Positions 26,701-39,261 of a stretch of DNA of 64,000 bases are shown piece by piece. The DNA lies in assembly GCF_009834535.1 (NCBI RefSeq), contig NC_045696.1, positions 70,930,001-70,994,000 of the forward strand. Direction: 5' to 3'. A program made the position numbers and the translations under genes. The DNA comes from Camelus ferus (lineage: Eukaryota). Below the pieces are notes generated by a model. That model saw only the letters and a list, made by a program, of their open reading frames with translations, ran no database searches and was not told the DNA's origin. Every line of letters starts with the position of its first letter. Positions within the stretch are counted from its first letter, which is position 1.

Positions 26701-29700
26701 AGAACTTCTGAAAATTAAGCGACTTTTAAAAATATGTGTATGTGTATCTTTAACAAAAATACGATTTTTAAAAATTTTGTTTATAGTCAATGCTCATTTA
26801 GATGTATCAACATATCTTTATCAATTTTTGTAGTTGACATTGTTTTTTATACTGCCCTCTTTCCTTATGGTTCACTTTTTCTTCTTGAAGTACGCCCTAT
26901 AATAATTCTTTCAGTGAGAGTCTGCACTTCGTATTATAGATATGCCCCTTTTCTTTTAACTATAAGTTAGCTGGGTATAAAAGTCCAGTTGGCACTTTGG
27001 AGCTACTACTCCAACATCTCTGGCCTTGGCTTTTGCTGAGGCCAGAAGTTCCTTTGTGAGAAATCTGTCTTTTTCCCCTTACATTTGATGTTCTGTAATT
27101 TCTCCCCAAATTTTCTCTGCTACTACTTCCTCATGTATTACTTCTCTGGTGCCATTTATTTTCTTCTTCCAAAACTCCCATTGGACATACAGTGTCTTTC
27201 AAACAAGCTATCCTTCATGTCTCATAACTGCTTTTCTATTTTCTAATCTTTGTCTTTATGTACCATATCAGTGTTAACGTCTAGGTAATGTCTTTTAATT
27301 CACTAAGTCTCTCTGTATCTAGTCTACAGTTTACTTTGTCTCTTATGTTTTTTAATGGTCAAAGTTTTTGTTTCCAAGATCTCTGATTCTTTTTATATCT
27401 CCTTGTTCTCATTTCATTTCTATCTGCCTCTGTTCATTTCTTGTTAATGTTAAGCCTTCATTTGCCTTTTTTAGGCATCCTAAACATTATTTTTAATTCT
27501 TCATAAGATTTTCACAAAATTAAATTAATCTGGAATGAATTCATATTCCAAGTGTTGATTCTGTTAACTGTTTTTCTTACCACAAAGTATTTTTCATGTA
27601 TTTTGGTTCAACTCTCAGTGAGTTGGAGAATTTTTTATTTTTGTTTTTACATCTATTTTTCGCTCTGTCTCTGTCCTGAGCTGAGACCCCCCAGGCCCAG
27701 TTGAAAACCCAGTCCTAGAATAGCACGGCAGGGCTCCCATTCTTCTGTGGTATGAGGACATCACAGATCCAGGCATGTAGCCAGAGGGTGGCTTGGCTCA
27801 GCTCCTAGTCAAGAGTCTGTCTTCATCTTCCCACATTTCAAGCCCCAGGCTGTACATGGACACTTGGCTTTTTTCCCCCTTGCCTCTTTTCACAAGCAGA
27901 GGGAGCCTCACCGCACCCCTGGCTTCAAGGGTCCTGGCTGTTGTCCCCTGTCTTACACAGAGCATGTTAGCTCTTTAGCTTGTACCCAGGATCTATGCCT
28001 CTGGCCGCTACTGCTGCTTCTAGACCCAAGGCCACAAGGCCCTCAGCCCCACTCATCACGTTGCATTTCTGATCTGCTTCTGGTACACAGAGATATCTAT
28101 CTTGGGTTGGGGCCCAGCTATGTGCCTTTGTTTATCATTTTTTTTATTTTGTTTATTACTGCTGTGTGTTTGGAACACAGGGCATAGGCCACAGTGTGAA
28201 CTCACTATGCCATCTTGGCTGAAGTTAAGAACAGAATTGTGTGGTTGCCATACCTATAGAGAAGTCCCATGTTTCTTTTTATTAAACGTAAAAAGGAGAG
28301 ATCGTTTTATAAACACTCAGCAGGCTTTTATGCATGGGCTTTGCTATGAATACTATCTTTGGTTCTGGTAGAACACGTTCCTTCCTCAGGATAAAGGAGG
28401 TAGATAGAGTCCGTGTGTTTTCAAGTCATTCACACGTCCACTCCACACACACAGTCTGCGAGTTGTTCTTTGAAAGGAGAGACCACAGGATGCGGACGAA
28501 GCTTCATCAGCATCCACTCTTCTCTCCTAAGGGCACAACCGAGCCTGAGGTGTGGCCCGCAGACCGCGGGCCACGGTGGGATACCGACGTATACCTCCCC
28601 CTAGTGGCCACCAGAGGAAGCTGCGGCGCCCACAGCCAAGGAAATGCCCACCGGAGTTAAGGTTTTCCATGCACATTCAATCCCGGCTGAGCTTGGGACC
28701 TGTGGAAATGCCACAGGCAGCTCAAAGGGCCCAAGGGTGGAATTTGCTCTACTGTCTCTCTTGCTGTGCCAGAACGTAGCCAACCCTATTTGGGCCAGTT
28801 CTGTCTGCCTGGCACTTCTAAGCTTCAGAACCTTGACTCTAGGGACCACTTGGTCCACAGAGAGTTATTTGAATGGGCTTCTTAACTCATATCCAGAGGA
28901 TCCCCACCTCCGTCGAGGCCACAAAGAGGGTTGTGGGAAGGCAGTCTGTGCAGGGGTACAGAACATGGGTTTGGGGATTAGCTAGACCTGGGTCTGAATC
29001 CCACCTCCGTCACTCACTAGCTGTGTGTCTCTGAGCAAGTTACTTAACCTCTCTGTGCCTCTGCTTCTTCGTTTATAAATAAGGATAATGCTTTCCTACT
29101 TCAATGGGTTGCTGTGAGAATAGAACCAGATAGTCAGATAAGTTCCATCTCCCCTATATGTGGTTCTTATTTTGAAGGTGCCTGGGCTCTTATAGCCCTT
29201 TGCTATTTTACAAGCTTCAATCAGCCTTTTCTGGGCTTTGGGTTTCCATGATGGGGGGATTTTTCTTGAGGAGGAATCAGACCCAGATGGAGTCCACACT
29301 GCAGAGGCCGCATGTGAGGGCCAAAGTCCTCCAGCCTAAAACTGTCCCTGAGAATCACAAACTCACAAACATACCCTCTGGTTGCTGGTGCCTGGGTGGT
29401 TTCTGTTTAACTATTTCCCACTCAGTGGCCTGCAGTCACACTCTCAGAGAACACATGCCTGCCAGAGGTGCGATTCAAGCACAGCCATGGTGGGCGTTCA
29501 GCTGGTCAGTACCTGCTCTGTGCTTGGCACTAGGGTTCTGAGGGAAAGGGGATCTCTGCCCTTAGGGCGTTCACAGCAGGGCAGGAGGGCTGTCCACAAA
29601 GGCAGGACTCTTTGATGACTGCTGTAAAGAGAGGTGCGCAGGAGCACAGATCAGGGTCAGCCCAGGATCATCAGGGATTGCTGCCCAGAAGAGAGGCTGC

Positions 29701-30299
29701 TGGCTGGGCCCGTGAATGTGGAGTAAGAGTGTGCTGAGGACAAACTTCATCAATTCATTCAAAGCTTTTTTGCTCAACACCTGCCGCCCTCTCCCCCAGC
29801 ATCTGTTCTCTGCACTAGGGACCCCATAATGCTAAAGAGAACAGCAGGCCCTGCCATCCAGGTCTTGGCCCGGCACTCACAGAGAGGTTGTGATATAAAC
29901 AATTCCACAGAACATCAACCTCAGACAAGGCCACTCTGTGACCGTGATGGATCCAGGTAGAAATAAGCCCAAACCCTGAAAGTCCTTTCTGACACCCCTG
30001 CACCGAGACCTCGCAGCTCCCCGTGGTGTGCGTTCTCCTCCACTGCAATGAGCAATAAACCCAACATGCTCCACTGCAGGTGGGATCTTCGTGCTCTTTG
30101 GGTGGAGTGTGTTACAGTGATGACCAAGAGGTGGGATTTGAGTGGAGACAATGAATGAGGAACAAGCCATGTGGAGACATGGGGGAAGAATGTTCCAGGC
30201 AGATAGAGTAGCCAATGCAAAGGCTCTGAGGTGAGATGTCAAGCATGTTTGAAAAATAGTAAGTAGGTCGACCTAGCTAGAGTAGAAAAGTCAGAGGCG

Positions 30300-30450
30300 G
30301 TAAAGCCCTGTGCTTGCCCAGCATTGAGTCCAAAGAGAGAGCCCAGAGCCAGCAACAGAGACATCAACGGTTTAATGGATGCGGGTGCTTACACGTCTGA
30401 AGCAAGGTCCTGGAGCGACACCCCACCACGCATGTGGCAAACAGCAGGAA
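30300..30450 (-). mobile_element. LTR fragment, same family as 31632-32248
   Basis: Shares gcttacacgtctgaagcaaggtcctggagcgacacccc exactly with ~31741-31778. Confidence 0.75.
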
Positions 30451-30961
30451 ATTTTCAGGGATTTTATTCCGTTTTTAAGTAGCCAATTCAGTTTAAACAA
30501 ATGCCAGTAATAGACAGTAATGCATATTCACCCACATGCACATTCCTCACTTTCAGAGGAACATCAATCAGCATTCAGCTCAGCCTCTGTGGCCTTTCTT
30601 TATATAAAAAGAAATGACCAGCCCACACCTGTGGCCACTGCCTTATTGGCTAACTTCTTTTTTCCCCCTGTAATGGTGGCCAATATTTCCTCAACTTTAG
30701 GGGTGTCTGTGAATTCTCCGTACTCTCTTGTCAGCCTCCATTCATCAAGGACAGTCACCACAGGACCCCACACTAGTGGACGGCCACCCGGGGATCTACT
30801 CCACCTCTTTTGAAATCACCCCTGGAATTTCTGAAATCGAGTGCCCATGGAACTGAGCTCCTCTGTCAAGTTTATGATTTACCTCTATCCAAAACGTTAT
30901 CCCCTTTCTTCTCCAACACGTGTTCTCCTCAAGATTGAGGAGTAGCAAAGAAAAGGGGAGG

Positions 30962-31518
30962 TGAAAGTGAACAGGACCCTGTGGGGCCCTCCTGGGCACA
31001 AAAGCCTTTCAGTGCCCCCTGTTTCTTATTTGCAGAAAAAAGCTTCAGCCTCCTAGGCCTTTCTGAATACCAAAGAGCAGATTTGAAAAGTTGCTAATCA
31101 AGGAAGGGAGGGAATGCAGAAACAGTCAAGAAACTACAGTGCAGCAATTAAAGTAGTGTCCTGGTTCCTCCTCAAGGAGTATAGGGTACCAATATCTTTG
31201 AGTTCTTCTGCAGGAACTAAGGCCCCTGCCCAGATGGAGGATGGTAACTTTAGGCTGCGCAGAGGATTCCTGGAATACCACCCTGTACCTTACCACCAAC
31301 CAATCAGAAGAATAAATAAATAATTACCTGCATCCCTCACCCCAAATTTTGCCTATAAAAACTTCTTTCTGAAAACTATTGGAAAGTTCGGTCTTTTGAG
31401 CACGAGTCCCGTTCTCCTTGTTCAGCTCTGCAATAAATCTTTCTCTGCTCCAAACTCTGACATTTCGGTTTGTTTGGCCTCACTGTGCATTGGGCACATG
31501 AACTTGTGTTGGGTAACA
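30962..31518 (+). mobile_element. ERV1-type LTR preceded by a polypurine tract (3' LTR of a truncated provirus)
   Basis: TGAAAG...TAACA termini; CCAAT ~31300, TATAAAA ~31354, AATAAA ~31432; PPT aaagaaaaggggagg at 30947-30961. Confidence 0.85.
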
Positions 31519-31631
31519 CTTTTGGGCCCCACATGTTATTGGACAGCCTGCAACTTTCCACTCCCCATCCTTATTTCCTGACATCTTGGCACTCACAGGA
31601 GTTTCCTTGGTCTCCTGGCTGCTCTGCCAAT

Positions 31632-32248
31632 TGTTGGGCTGCACCCCGCAGCCTACAAGCCCTGTGCTTGCCAAGCTTCAAGACCGAAGAATGAGCCCGG
31701 TGTGGGCAAGAGGGACATCAGTGGTTTAATGGATGGGGGAGCTTACACGTCTGAAGCAAGGTCCTGGAGCGACACCCCACCACGAGCGAGCAGGTGGCGG
31801 GGCAGGACAGGGCAGCAGTCTTCACTCTTTCCCAAGCTCAGGGGGAGGTTACCAGTTAGAGGGAGAACTGATGTCAGGTTGGCTCATCAGATACCAGGGA
31901 AACCAGCAGAGGGCAAGCCCCTCACCACCCTTTGATAAGTTATGGCGATGTTCTCATCTAAAGTTAGAACAGGGGGAGGGTATAGCACAATGGCAGGGTG
32001 CATGCCTAGCATGCGCGAGATTCTGGGTTCAATCCCCAGTACCTCCACCAAAAGAAATAGATAAACCTGATTACCTTCCCTAAAAAATAAAATAAATAAA
32101 TAAATAAAGTTGGAACAATCATTAGCTGGGGCCTGAGGCAAGTATGGAGAAAGGTCAGTCGGATGAGGAGGGTGTAGGTGAAGCAGGCACTGGTCGAGCA
32201 GGGGAAGTACAGAGAGCAAGAGAACAGCCATCTTGGGTGGCCCGATCA
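31632..32248 (-). mobile_element. ERV LTR containing a SINE insertion
   Basis: TG...CA termini, ATTAAA signal on the minus strand; TSD not identified. Confidence 0.7.
31972..32105 (+). mobile_element. tRNA-derived camelid-type SINE (long form)
   Basis: A/B boxes (gggttcaatcccc), AAAT tail, TSD aaagtt(a/g)gaaca at 31960-31971 and 32106-32117. Confidence 0.92.
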
Positions 32249-33229
32249 TAGAGTCTTGTTTTGAGGAAGAAGGACAAAAGCCTTTATTGCCTTTTTAAAG
32301 AGATTTTTAGCAAAGTCACCATGGGTCCTAACGCTCTGTTGGAGCCACTCATGATGGCATTCTTCTTTGATATGGTAATAGAGTAAATAGAGCGATACAT
32401 TCTGAATTTGAGTGAGGTCTACCAAGGGAGACTCCCAGCTTTTGGATGATCCTGCCAGCTCACCCTGTGTCTGTATGTCTCTCTAGCCATCTGGGGGAAA
32501 GCCTGTCCCTTTGGGGTAGGTCTAATAGGGTAACGTAGGCCAAGCATTTGTGTGGTCCAATGTGATTTAGGAGCGAATAGATTGAACAAATTTTATCACC
32601 AGCTGCAGTTTATGCTCCGGAAAGAATACAAAAAAAGAGTCTGCCTTCTCATTGCTGGCAACATAAACCGGAAATTCCCTGCACCAACTCAGGGCTGCAG
32701 GCCGCAGGTGTGAACACACACACACCACACTACACCACCACTGAGCCCCAGCAGCAGCCAGCTCAGGGCCCGGGACCACTCAGCAATTAAAGTTTCCCAG
32801 AGAAAAAGGGCTGTAAGTTATGCAGGTGATAGTCAAGCACTGTTTTAGGTTTGGCATTTAACAGACAAAAGTGAACTTTTAACTCTTTCTTTCTCTTGGT
32901 GTCCTAAACTTTCTGTTTCATTAAAATTAATAGATTTTTTTTTTAATTTTTTAAGTAATGGCATCAAGTACAGTCTGGTCCATGAGAGGAGTAAACTCTG
33001 ACTTGGGGCAGAGCCTAAAAACACTACACACTAGATTTCTATTTCTTATCCTTTTGCCAATCAGGAGCCATGGAAGTATTTTTGAACAGAAGGGAGATAT
33101 CATCACATTTAAATGTTAGAAAGATCACTCTGGTAGCCGAATGGTGGTGGATTGGGCCCACGCATTCATCTCCAGTGCTTTCTGAAATCCTTTTTTTTTT
33201 TTTAAGTTTTTCATATTAAAATCCATAAG

Positions 33230-33800
33230 GAAAGAGAGAACAGGAGACATGTCAAAAGCAACATTTTGGAAGCTGGAAAAAACTAGACAAATGGTAACCA
33301 GCATAGCACAACGAAGAAAGTTCAATCCTCAGCTGTGGGGCAATAAAGAAAAAAATCCTATTTATACCCCAGACCTGCCAAATGGTTCAGGAATTGGTGG
33401 CTCCAGGTACCTCTGAAAGTGGAGATGGAGGAGGGATGCTGGTGAAGGTGGAGCCAAAAAGCAGAACTAGGGATTCATTCCTGCCCCTTGCCCCAGCCAT
33501 TCCTTCCCTCATTCCAACAGATGTTGGAGGTGTTTTTTCTGAAAGGTTAAAACTGAGGGTCTCTGGACTGGCATGCCACTGGCATGGACTGGCAGGGCCC
33601 CACACTGAAAATGGGATCAAAGTAGGGGTTACACACTGATTACAGAGACATGCCCCATCCACAGCCTCCTCACGCATCTACTTCCCAACACTGGCAGCCA
33701 GGTTTCTGACCCCCAGCCAGGACACTAGAAGAGGTGTCTGCAGAAATCTGAGAAGCCCAGGAAGGAAGCTGAAAGATCCTAATAGTCACAGCAGCCCTGC
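33230..33800 (+). mobile_element. HAL1/L1M-like 5' remnant
   Basis: Similar to 23570-23950. Confidence 0.5.
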
Positions 33801-36800
33801 CCAGCCCAGCCCATCCTGCAGGGATGCTTGACAGCAAATTGGCTAGACCTGGTGACCCCCACAGTGAGTGAGGATTGAGGAGCCTGGTCCCAGAAGAGAC
33901 TGACCCACATCCCTCTCTCACCAGTCTCCTCCTGACTTGTGACCTTTCCCTTCCCAACTCCAGGTCCCAAATGCCATCACACCTCCCCTGTTGCCCATGC
34001 ACCTGGTGCACAGTGCCAGGTCAGCACTCAGGAATGGGAGGGATGCTGGCCTTGGGTCCCAGGGAAGGGCAGTGACCATTCCCTCAAGGCCAGGATGGAT
34101 GGATCTGCCCACAGGGTAAGAGGTTGGGGCCTGTAGTCTCTCAAGGACCACCCAAAGCAGGACCTCGCCTAGGGAATGAGGGCCTTGGACAAATCATTTT
34201 TGTGGAGTCCCGGTCAACATAAACAATTTGATTTGATAATGTATTACCAAAACTCATGGGCCCACATGAGTCATACAGATTGATGGAAGAGGTGCCCGGG
34301 TGTTTGTTTATTGTCCATTCAGAGCACTAAAGACTCTCCAAAACGTACAGCACCATCTCTTCCTGTCCAGCCTGGGAACTATCTCTTCATGTTGTTTATG
34401 CTCAAAGCTGTCATTCTTGGCTGACTTCATAAATCTCACCTCACGGAAAAGAGAGCAAGGCTGTGATTATTCACAATGCCATGGCTCTTCGAAACCTGTT
34501 TATATTGAAACAAGACAGACCGTCCTGCCTCTGTGGTTCCCTGATACCATTTATCCAATGCCGGTCCCATCACTGCTCACAATGCTGCATCATCCGTGGT
34601 GCGGCCATGAGCGCTGGCTTCTGGTGACTCTCTCATAGGTTGCAAAGTTGCTTCCTTATAATGGTCACAAACGCAAGTCTTATCCAGCATGTTTAAAAAA
34701 TAATAAAGAGCAATTATTTATTTTTTGCTTATGTTAATTTACCACTGGGAATTTTACTGTGTGGACATAGAATGGCACATCTGTGCTGGCAATGTCTACA
34801 GCTTAGGGATCCTCCACAGCGTGGCTCAAATGCCACCTCTTCCGTGAGGTCTGCTCTGCCACTCCTGCTGGGAGTGTGTCTGTCCTCAGATCCCTGCTGG
34901 CCTCACGCATTGTCCTCATCACTCCTGGGGACTTTATGCATCTCAGGTCTCTCTTACTAGACGGTAAGAACTCAGAAGGCAAGGTCGTTGGGCAGGGCGT
35001 TTATTAATTAGAGTGGAGGGTGGGGAGCAGGATCCAGGAAAAGAGCACAAGAGCCCAGAGGAGGAGACAGGAGGGAGGGAAAGGCAGGGCCAGCATCTGC
35101 AGAGCAAGCGAGACCAAGTTATCAGTGGCACAGCATTATGGCTGCCCACACAAAATGTAGCCGTCGCACAGGGATACTTTGGCCCCTAGGAAATACCTCA
35201 GGGCACCTGCCTGGCTCACAACGGTCCTCTCTGTCTGAGAAATTCCTCTGCCCACTTATTTACCCACTCCCCCACAGAGGTGGGACGCAGGCAGCCGGTT
35301 TTCCTGTGTGACTCCATTCTCTGGCCAAATTTCCTATCTATGGATTTGAGGCTCACACACAGTCAGGGAGTCTCTGAGCACAGTTGGGACTGAGTGTCTA
35401 TAACCGCATCCCCATATAACCCAGACTGTGGACAGACCACTCTGTACTTGGAAAGGCAGCAAAGACCAGTGTCCAAAAGAGGAAACTGCAGCAGATGAGC
35501 CACAATCAGGGGTACTGGCCAGGTCTCCTTCAGAAACAAGTGACAGAAACCCAGACCAAACCAGCTTGAGCAAAAAGGGACAGCTCCGCTCACCAGCTGC
35601 CAAGCACCAGAGTGCCGTGTCCGTGTGATAGAACTTTGCTCTTCTCTCCACCTCTTGACTCTGCTTGGATCTAGAGTTATTTATCATAGGTGTAAAAGCC
35701 TTTAGAAATGCCAAGGAAATGAGAATTCCTCCCCTTTTGTTCATGGTTCTGCCCACAGGAGACTCTAACTGACCTTAGACCACACTCCAGCACTGAGCCA
35801 AAGAGGTGATGGATGCTATCCTCTGTATGTCTGTGTGTACGGGGGTTAGGGGCTGGGAGAGGATGCCCAAAGGCACTAGAAGATGGGTCCAGCTGGGTAA
35901 ACACAGCGAGCCATCCAGAAGTCCGCGGACCTCAGTGCTTTTCAGAGCAGGCATCTGTGCCTAGCTCCAGCCTCAGAAGGTGTCCATATTTGGGTGGAAT
36001 CCCCTCCATCCTCCAAACACATTTCTTTCCTTTTTGATTAATTCTACTGAGGATGATTTCTGTTCTCTGATCAGAAGAGCAAGACAACCCCCATCATGTG
36101 TATCTGTGACAGCATAGGGAAAAGTCTAGGTGGTTATATCAAAACCTTAACAGGAGTTATTTCTGGGTATTGGGGTGATAGATTATTTTCATTTTCTTCT
36201 TTATATGCTTTTAAAGGTTCTCCCAGATTATATTTATTTTACTTTTATTACACAAATACCAAATACCTGACACAGCAAAAGTTGTAACGGAAAATAACTA
36301 ATGTTTTTTAGCAAGGAATCCTGACACTCTAGGGATCGTGATCATTACCATTTTGGCCTCTTACCTTAGAGACACACACACACTGTGGCTTGTAGTGACA
36401 CCACCCTGTAGGTACCCTTCTGCCAATCAAGTTGTTGCAAAAATGTTTGGAGACGTTGAAGAAGTGTTTTGTACCCCATGGAAAATAACTTGAACTCTAA
36501 TCACATTCGAGTTCACATGTGTATAGACAGTGGTGATGCACAGTGGGGTGGATGGTGAAGAGATCCGGCGGAGGCCCATAAAGTGAGCAGCACCCGGAAC
36601 CCCAGGAAGGAAATCACCGGGAGGGAGGAAGTGGGCCAGACACAGTACCATCGTGCGAAGGTCAAGGGCAGCAGTGAGGTCAAGCTGCCTGGGAGGCGGC
36701 TGCTGAATACTCCAAACTCACCTCCTCCTGGGATGCGAAGATCTGAGGTTAAGGGGGTGAGGGAGAGCTACATCATGAGGAACTGACCCAGCTACACTAA

Positions 36801-37109
36801 TGATACCGTATCGTGCACTTAAAAATTTAAGAGGGTAGATCTCATGTTAAGTGTTCTTACCACAACAAATTTTTTTAAAGAATGAATTTAAAAATATATT
36901 ATACACCTTAATTATGTGCAGTTTATTGTATGTCAATTATACCTCAATAAAGCTGTTTTAAAAAAAAAGACCTCTCAGAGTGGAGAACTCAGACATGATG
37001 GGTGATCTCTGAACTAGATAAGCCCCCAGGCGATCTGGGACCCAACAGGATTGGGAGATTTGACTGACAGCCTCAAAACGACAGCGGATCACTACAGTAC
37101 CATTTTTCC

Positions 37110-37780
37110 TCCAATTTGTATTAAGGTATTTTACAGACAGTAAAATTCACCGTTTTTAGTATTCAGTTCTAAGGGTTTTTGACAGACGCTTATAGTCATG
37201 TAAACACCACCACAACCAAGAACTGTTCCATCACCCATAAAAATTCCCCTGTGTATTCAACCTCTCCCCAGCCCCAGTCCCTGAGAACCACAAATTTCTT
37301 TTCTGTCCATGTAGTTTTGCTTCTTGTAGAGTGGTATATGAATAGAATCATACAGTAAGTAGCCTTTTGAGTCCAGCTCCTTTCACTGAGCATAATGAAT
37401 TTGAGATTCATCCACCTTGTGGGGCGTATTCATGGTTCACTACCTCTTACTGCCAAGCGGTGTTGTTCCATTGATGATATAACAGTTTGTTCATCTGTTC
37501 ACCTATTGAAAACTTTTGGGCTGTTCCTAATTGTTGACAGTTGTAATAAAACTTACGTAAACATTGATGTACAGGCTTTGTGTGAACATAGTTTTCATCT
37601 CACTAGGTAAACACCTAAGGGCGGAATTGCTCCTCTGTATGATAACCACGTGTTTAACTTTATAAGAAATTACCAAATTACTAATCCATCTTCCAAAGTG
37701 GCTATTTTTCATTCCCACAAATGTATGAGAGTTCCAGTTGCTCCACATCTTCACCAGTATTTGTCTGAAATACCTTTTTA
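37110..37780 (-). mobile_element. L1MB-like 3' end
   Basis: Antisense L1 3' motifs. Confidence 0.8.
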
Positions 37781-38539
37781 ATTTTTTCCTCACTTCATCC
37801 ATAGACCATCATCACAATAGACAAACATTCCCTGGGGATCAGCTGTGTCTACAGCTCAGATATAGGCCTGAGGCCCTCTCGTCTCGCTCTTGAGCTTCTC
37901 CTTCCATCCAGGGTGCAGATATCCCCCTCCACTGGCCCCACCTAGTAGCGACAGAAGCTTCATTTCAGAGCCCTGGACCAGGCCAGGTCCTGAGGGATGC
38001 TGAGGTGGGAGAGGGGGCACTCCCCTCAGGGAAACTGCAGGAGGAGCACTGTAGCCGCCAACAGTTATATCCTGACCCTACTCCTTTCCGATGAAATGCA
38101 GCTCCAAGAACTCTAACCCTACTAAGCCCAGATACCCAGAGCTCTGGGTTCCTTCTCAAAGTAGATTTATGTTTAGGGGGTAGAATCTGTGCCTCCTGAT
38201 ATGATCCAGTGGGAAATACCCAGCACCCCTCTGAAATGTTCCTGTGGGAAACTTGACAGAATCTAATCAAAATTCTATTCAACTTTCAGTTTACAGGAAA
38301 TATAAGGGATGGGGGAGCAAACTAAATGGCACTATGAGGAGGCAATACATACATCTAGAATGTGAGTCATTCTCTAGAGACAAATAATCCAGTTTCTCCA
38401 ACAAAGCAATGTCATGAAATAAAGAGAAGGAGGGGCCATAACAGAATAAAAGGATTTGAGAAACATGACAAGAACAAAAGATGCACGGCCAGAGGCACTA
38501 AAAGAGGCATTCCAAATTTAACAGAATCACCATCTAATT

Positions 38540-39112
38540 ACCACTTCGAGATAGAGACCCAAAGAATTGAAAACAGGGACTCAACCAGATTCTTGCACAC
38601 CAATGTTCATAGCAGCATAATCCACAACAGACAAAAGGTGGAAACAACCTAAATATGCATCAACAGGTGTATGGATAAACAATATGCAGAATGTACATAC
38701 AGCGGCATATTATTCAGTCATTAAAAGGAATGAAATTCTGATACATTCTACTACATGGATGAACCTTAAAAACATTATGCTAAGTGAAATAACCCTGACA
38801 CAGAAGGCAAATACTGTACGAGTCTACTTCTATAAGATACCTAGAATAGGCAAATTCATAGAGACAGAAAGAGAATAAAGGTTACCAGGGGCAGGGGGAA
38901 TGGGAAGTTATAGTGTTTAATGGGTACAAAGTTTCTCTTTGGGATGATGCAAAACTTCTCGAAATGGATAGTGGTGATAGTTGCACAACATAGTGAATGT
39001 ACTTAATGTCACTGAATTGTACACCTAAAAACAGTTTAAATGGTAAATTTTGTGGTGTGTGTATGTATATATATATACATACACACACATATATATAATG
39101 TATATCACAAAA
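38540..39112 (+). mobile_element. L1MB-like 3' end
   Basis: caatgttcatagcagca, aaaaggaatgaaattctgataca, gatagtggtgatagttgcacaac. Confidence 0.85.
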
Positions 39113-39128
39113 AAGGAATTCAATTTTT

Positions 39129-39261
39129 TTTCTTATGGGGGGAGGTAATTTCAGGTTTATTTATTTGTTTGTTTGTTTTTTAATCAGAGGTACTGGGAAT
39201 TGAACCCAGGACCTTGTGCATGCTAGGCATGCACTCTACCACTGAGCTATACCCTTCTCCC
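39129..39261 (-). mobile_element. tRNA-derived camelid-type SINE (long form)
   Basis: 15-bp TSD aggaattcaattttt at 39114-39128 and 39262-39276. Confidence 0.92.

Noticed and set aside
31972..32050. tRNA-like sequence with A and B boxes (also near 10980, 25200, 39190)
   Set aside because: SINE heads with A-rich tails and TSDs, not tRNA genes
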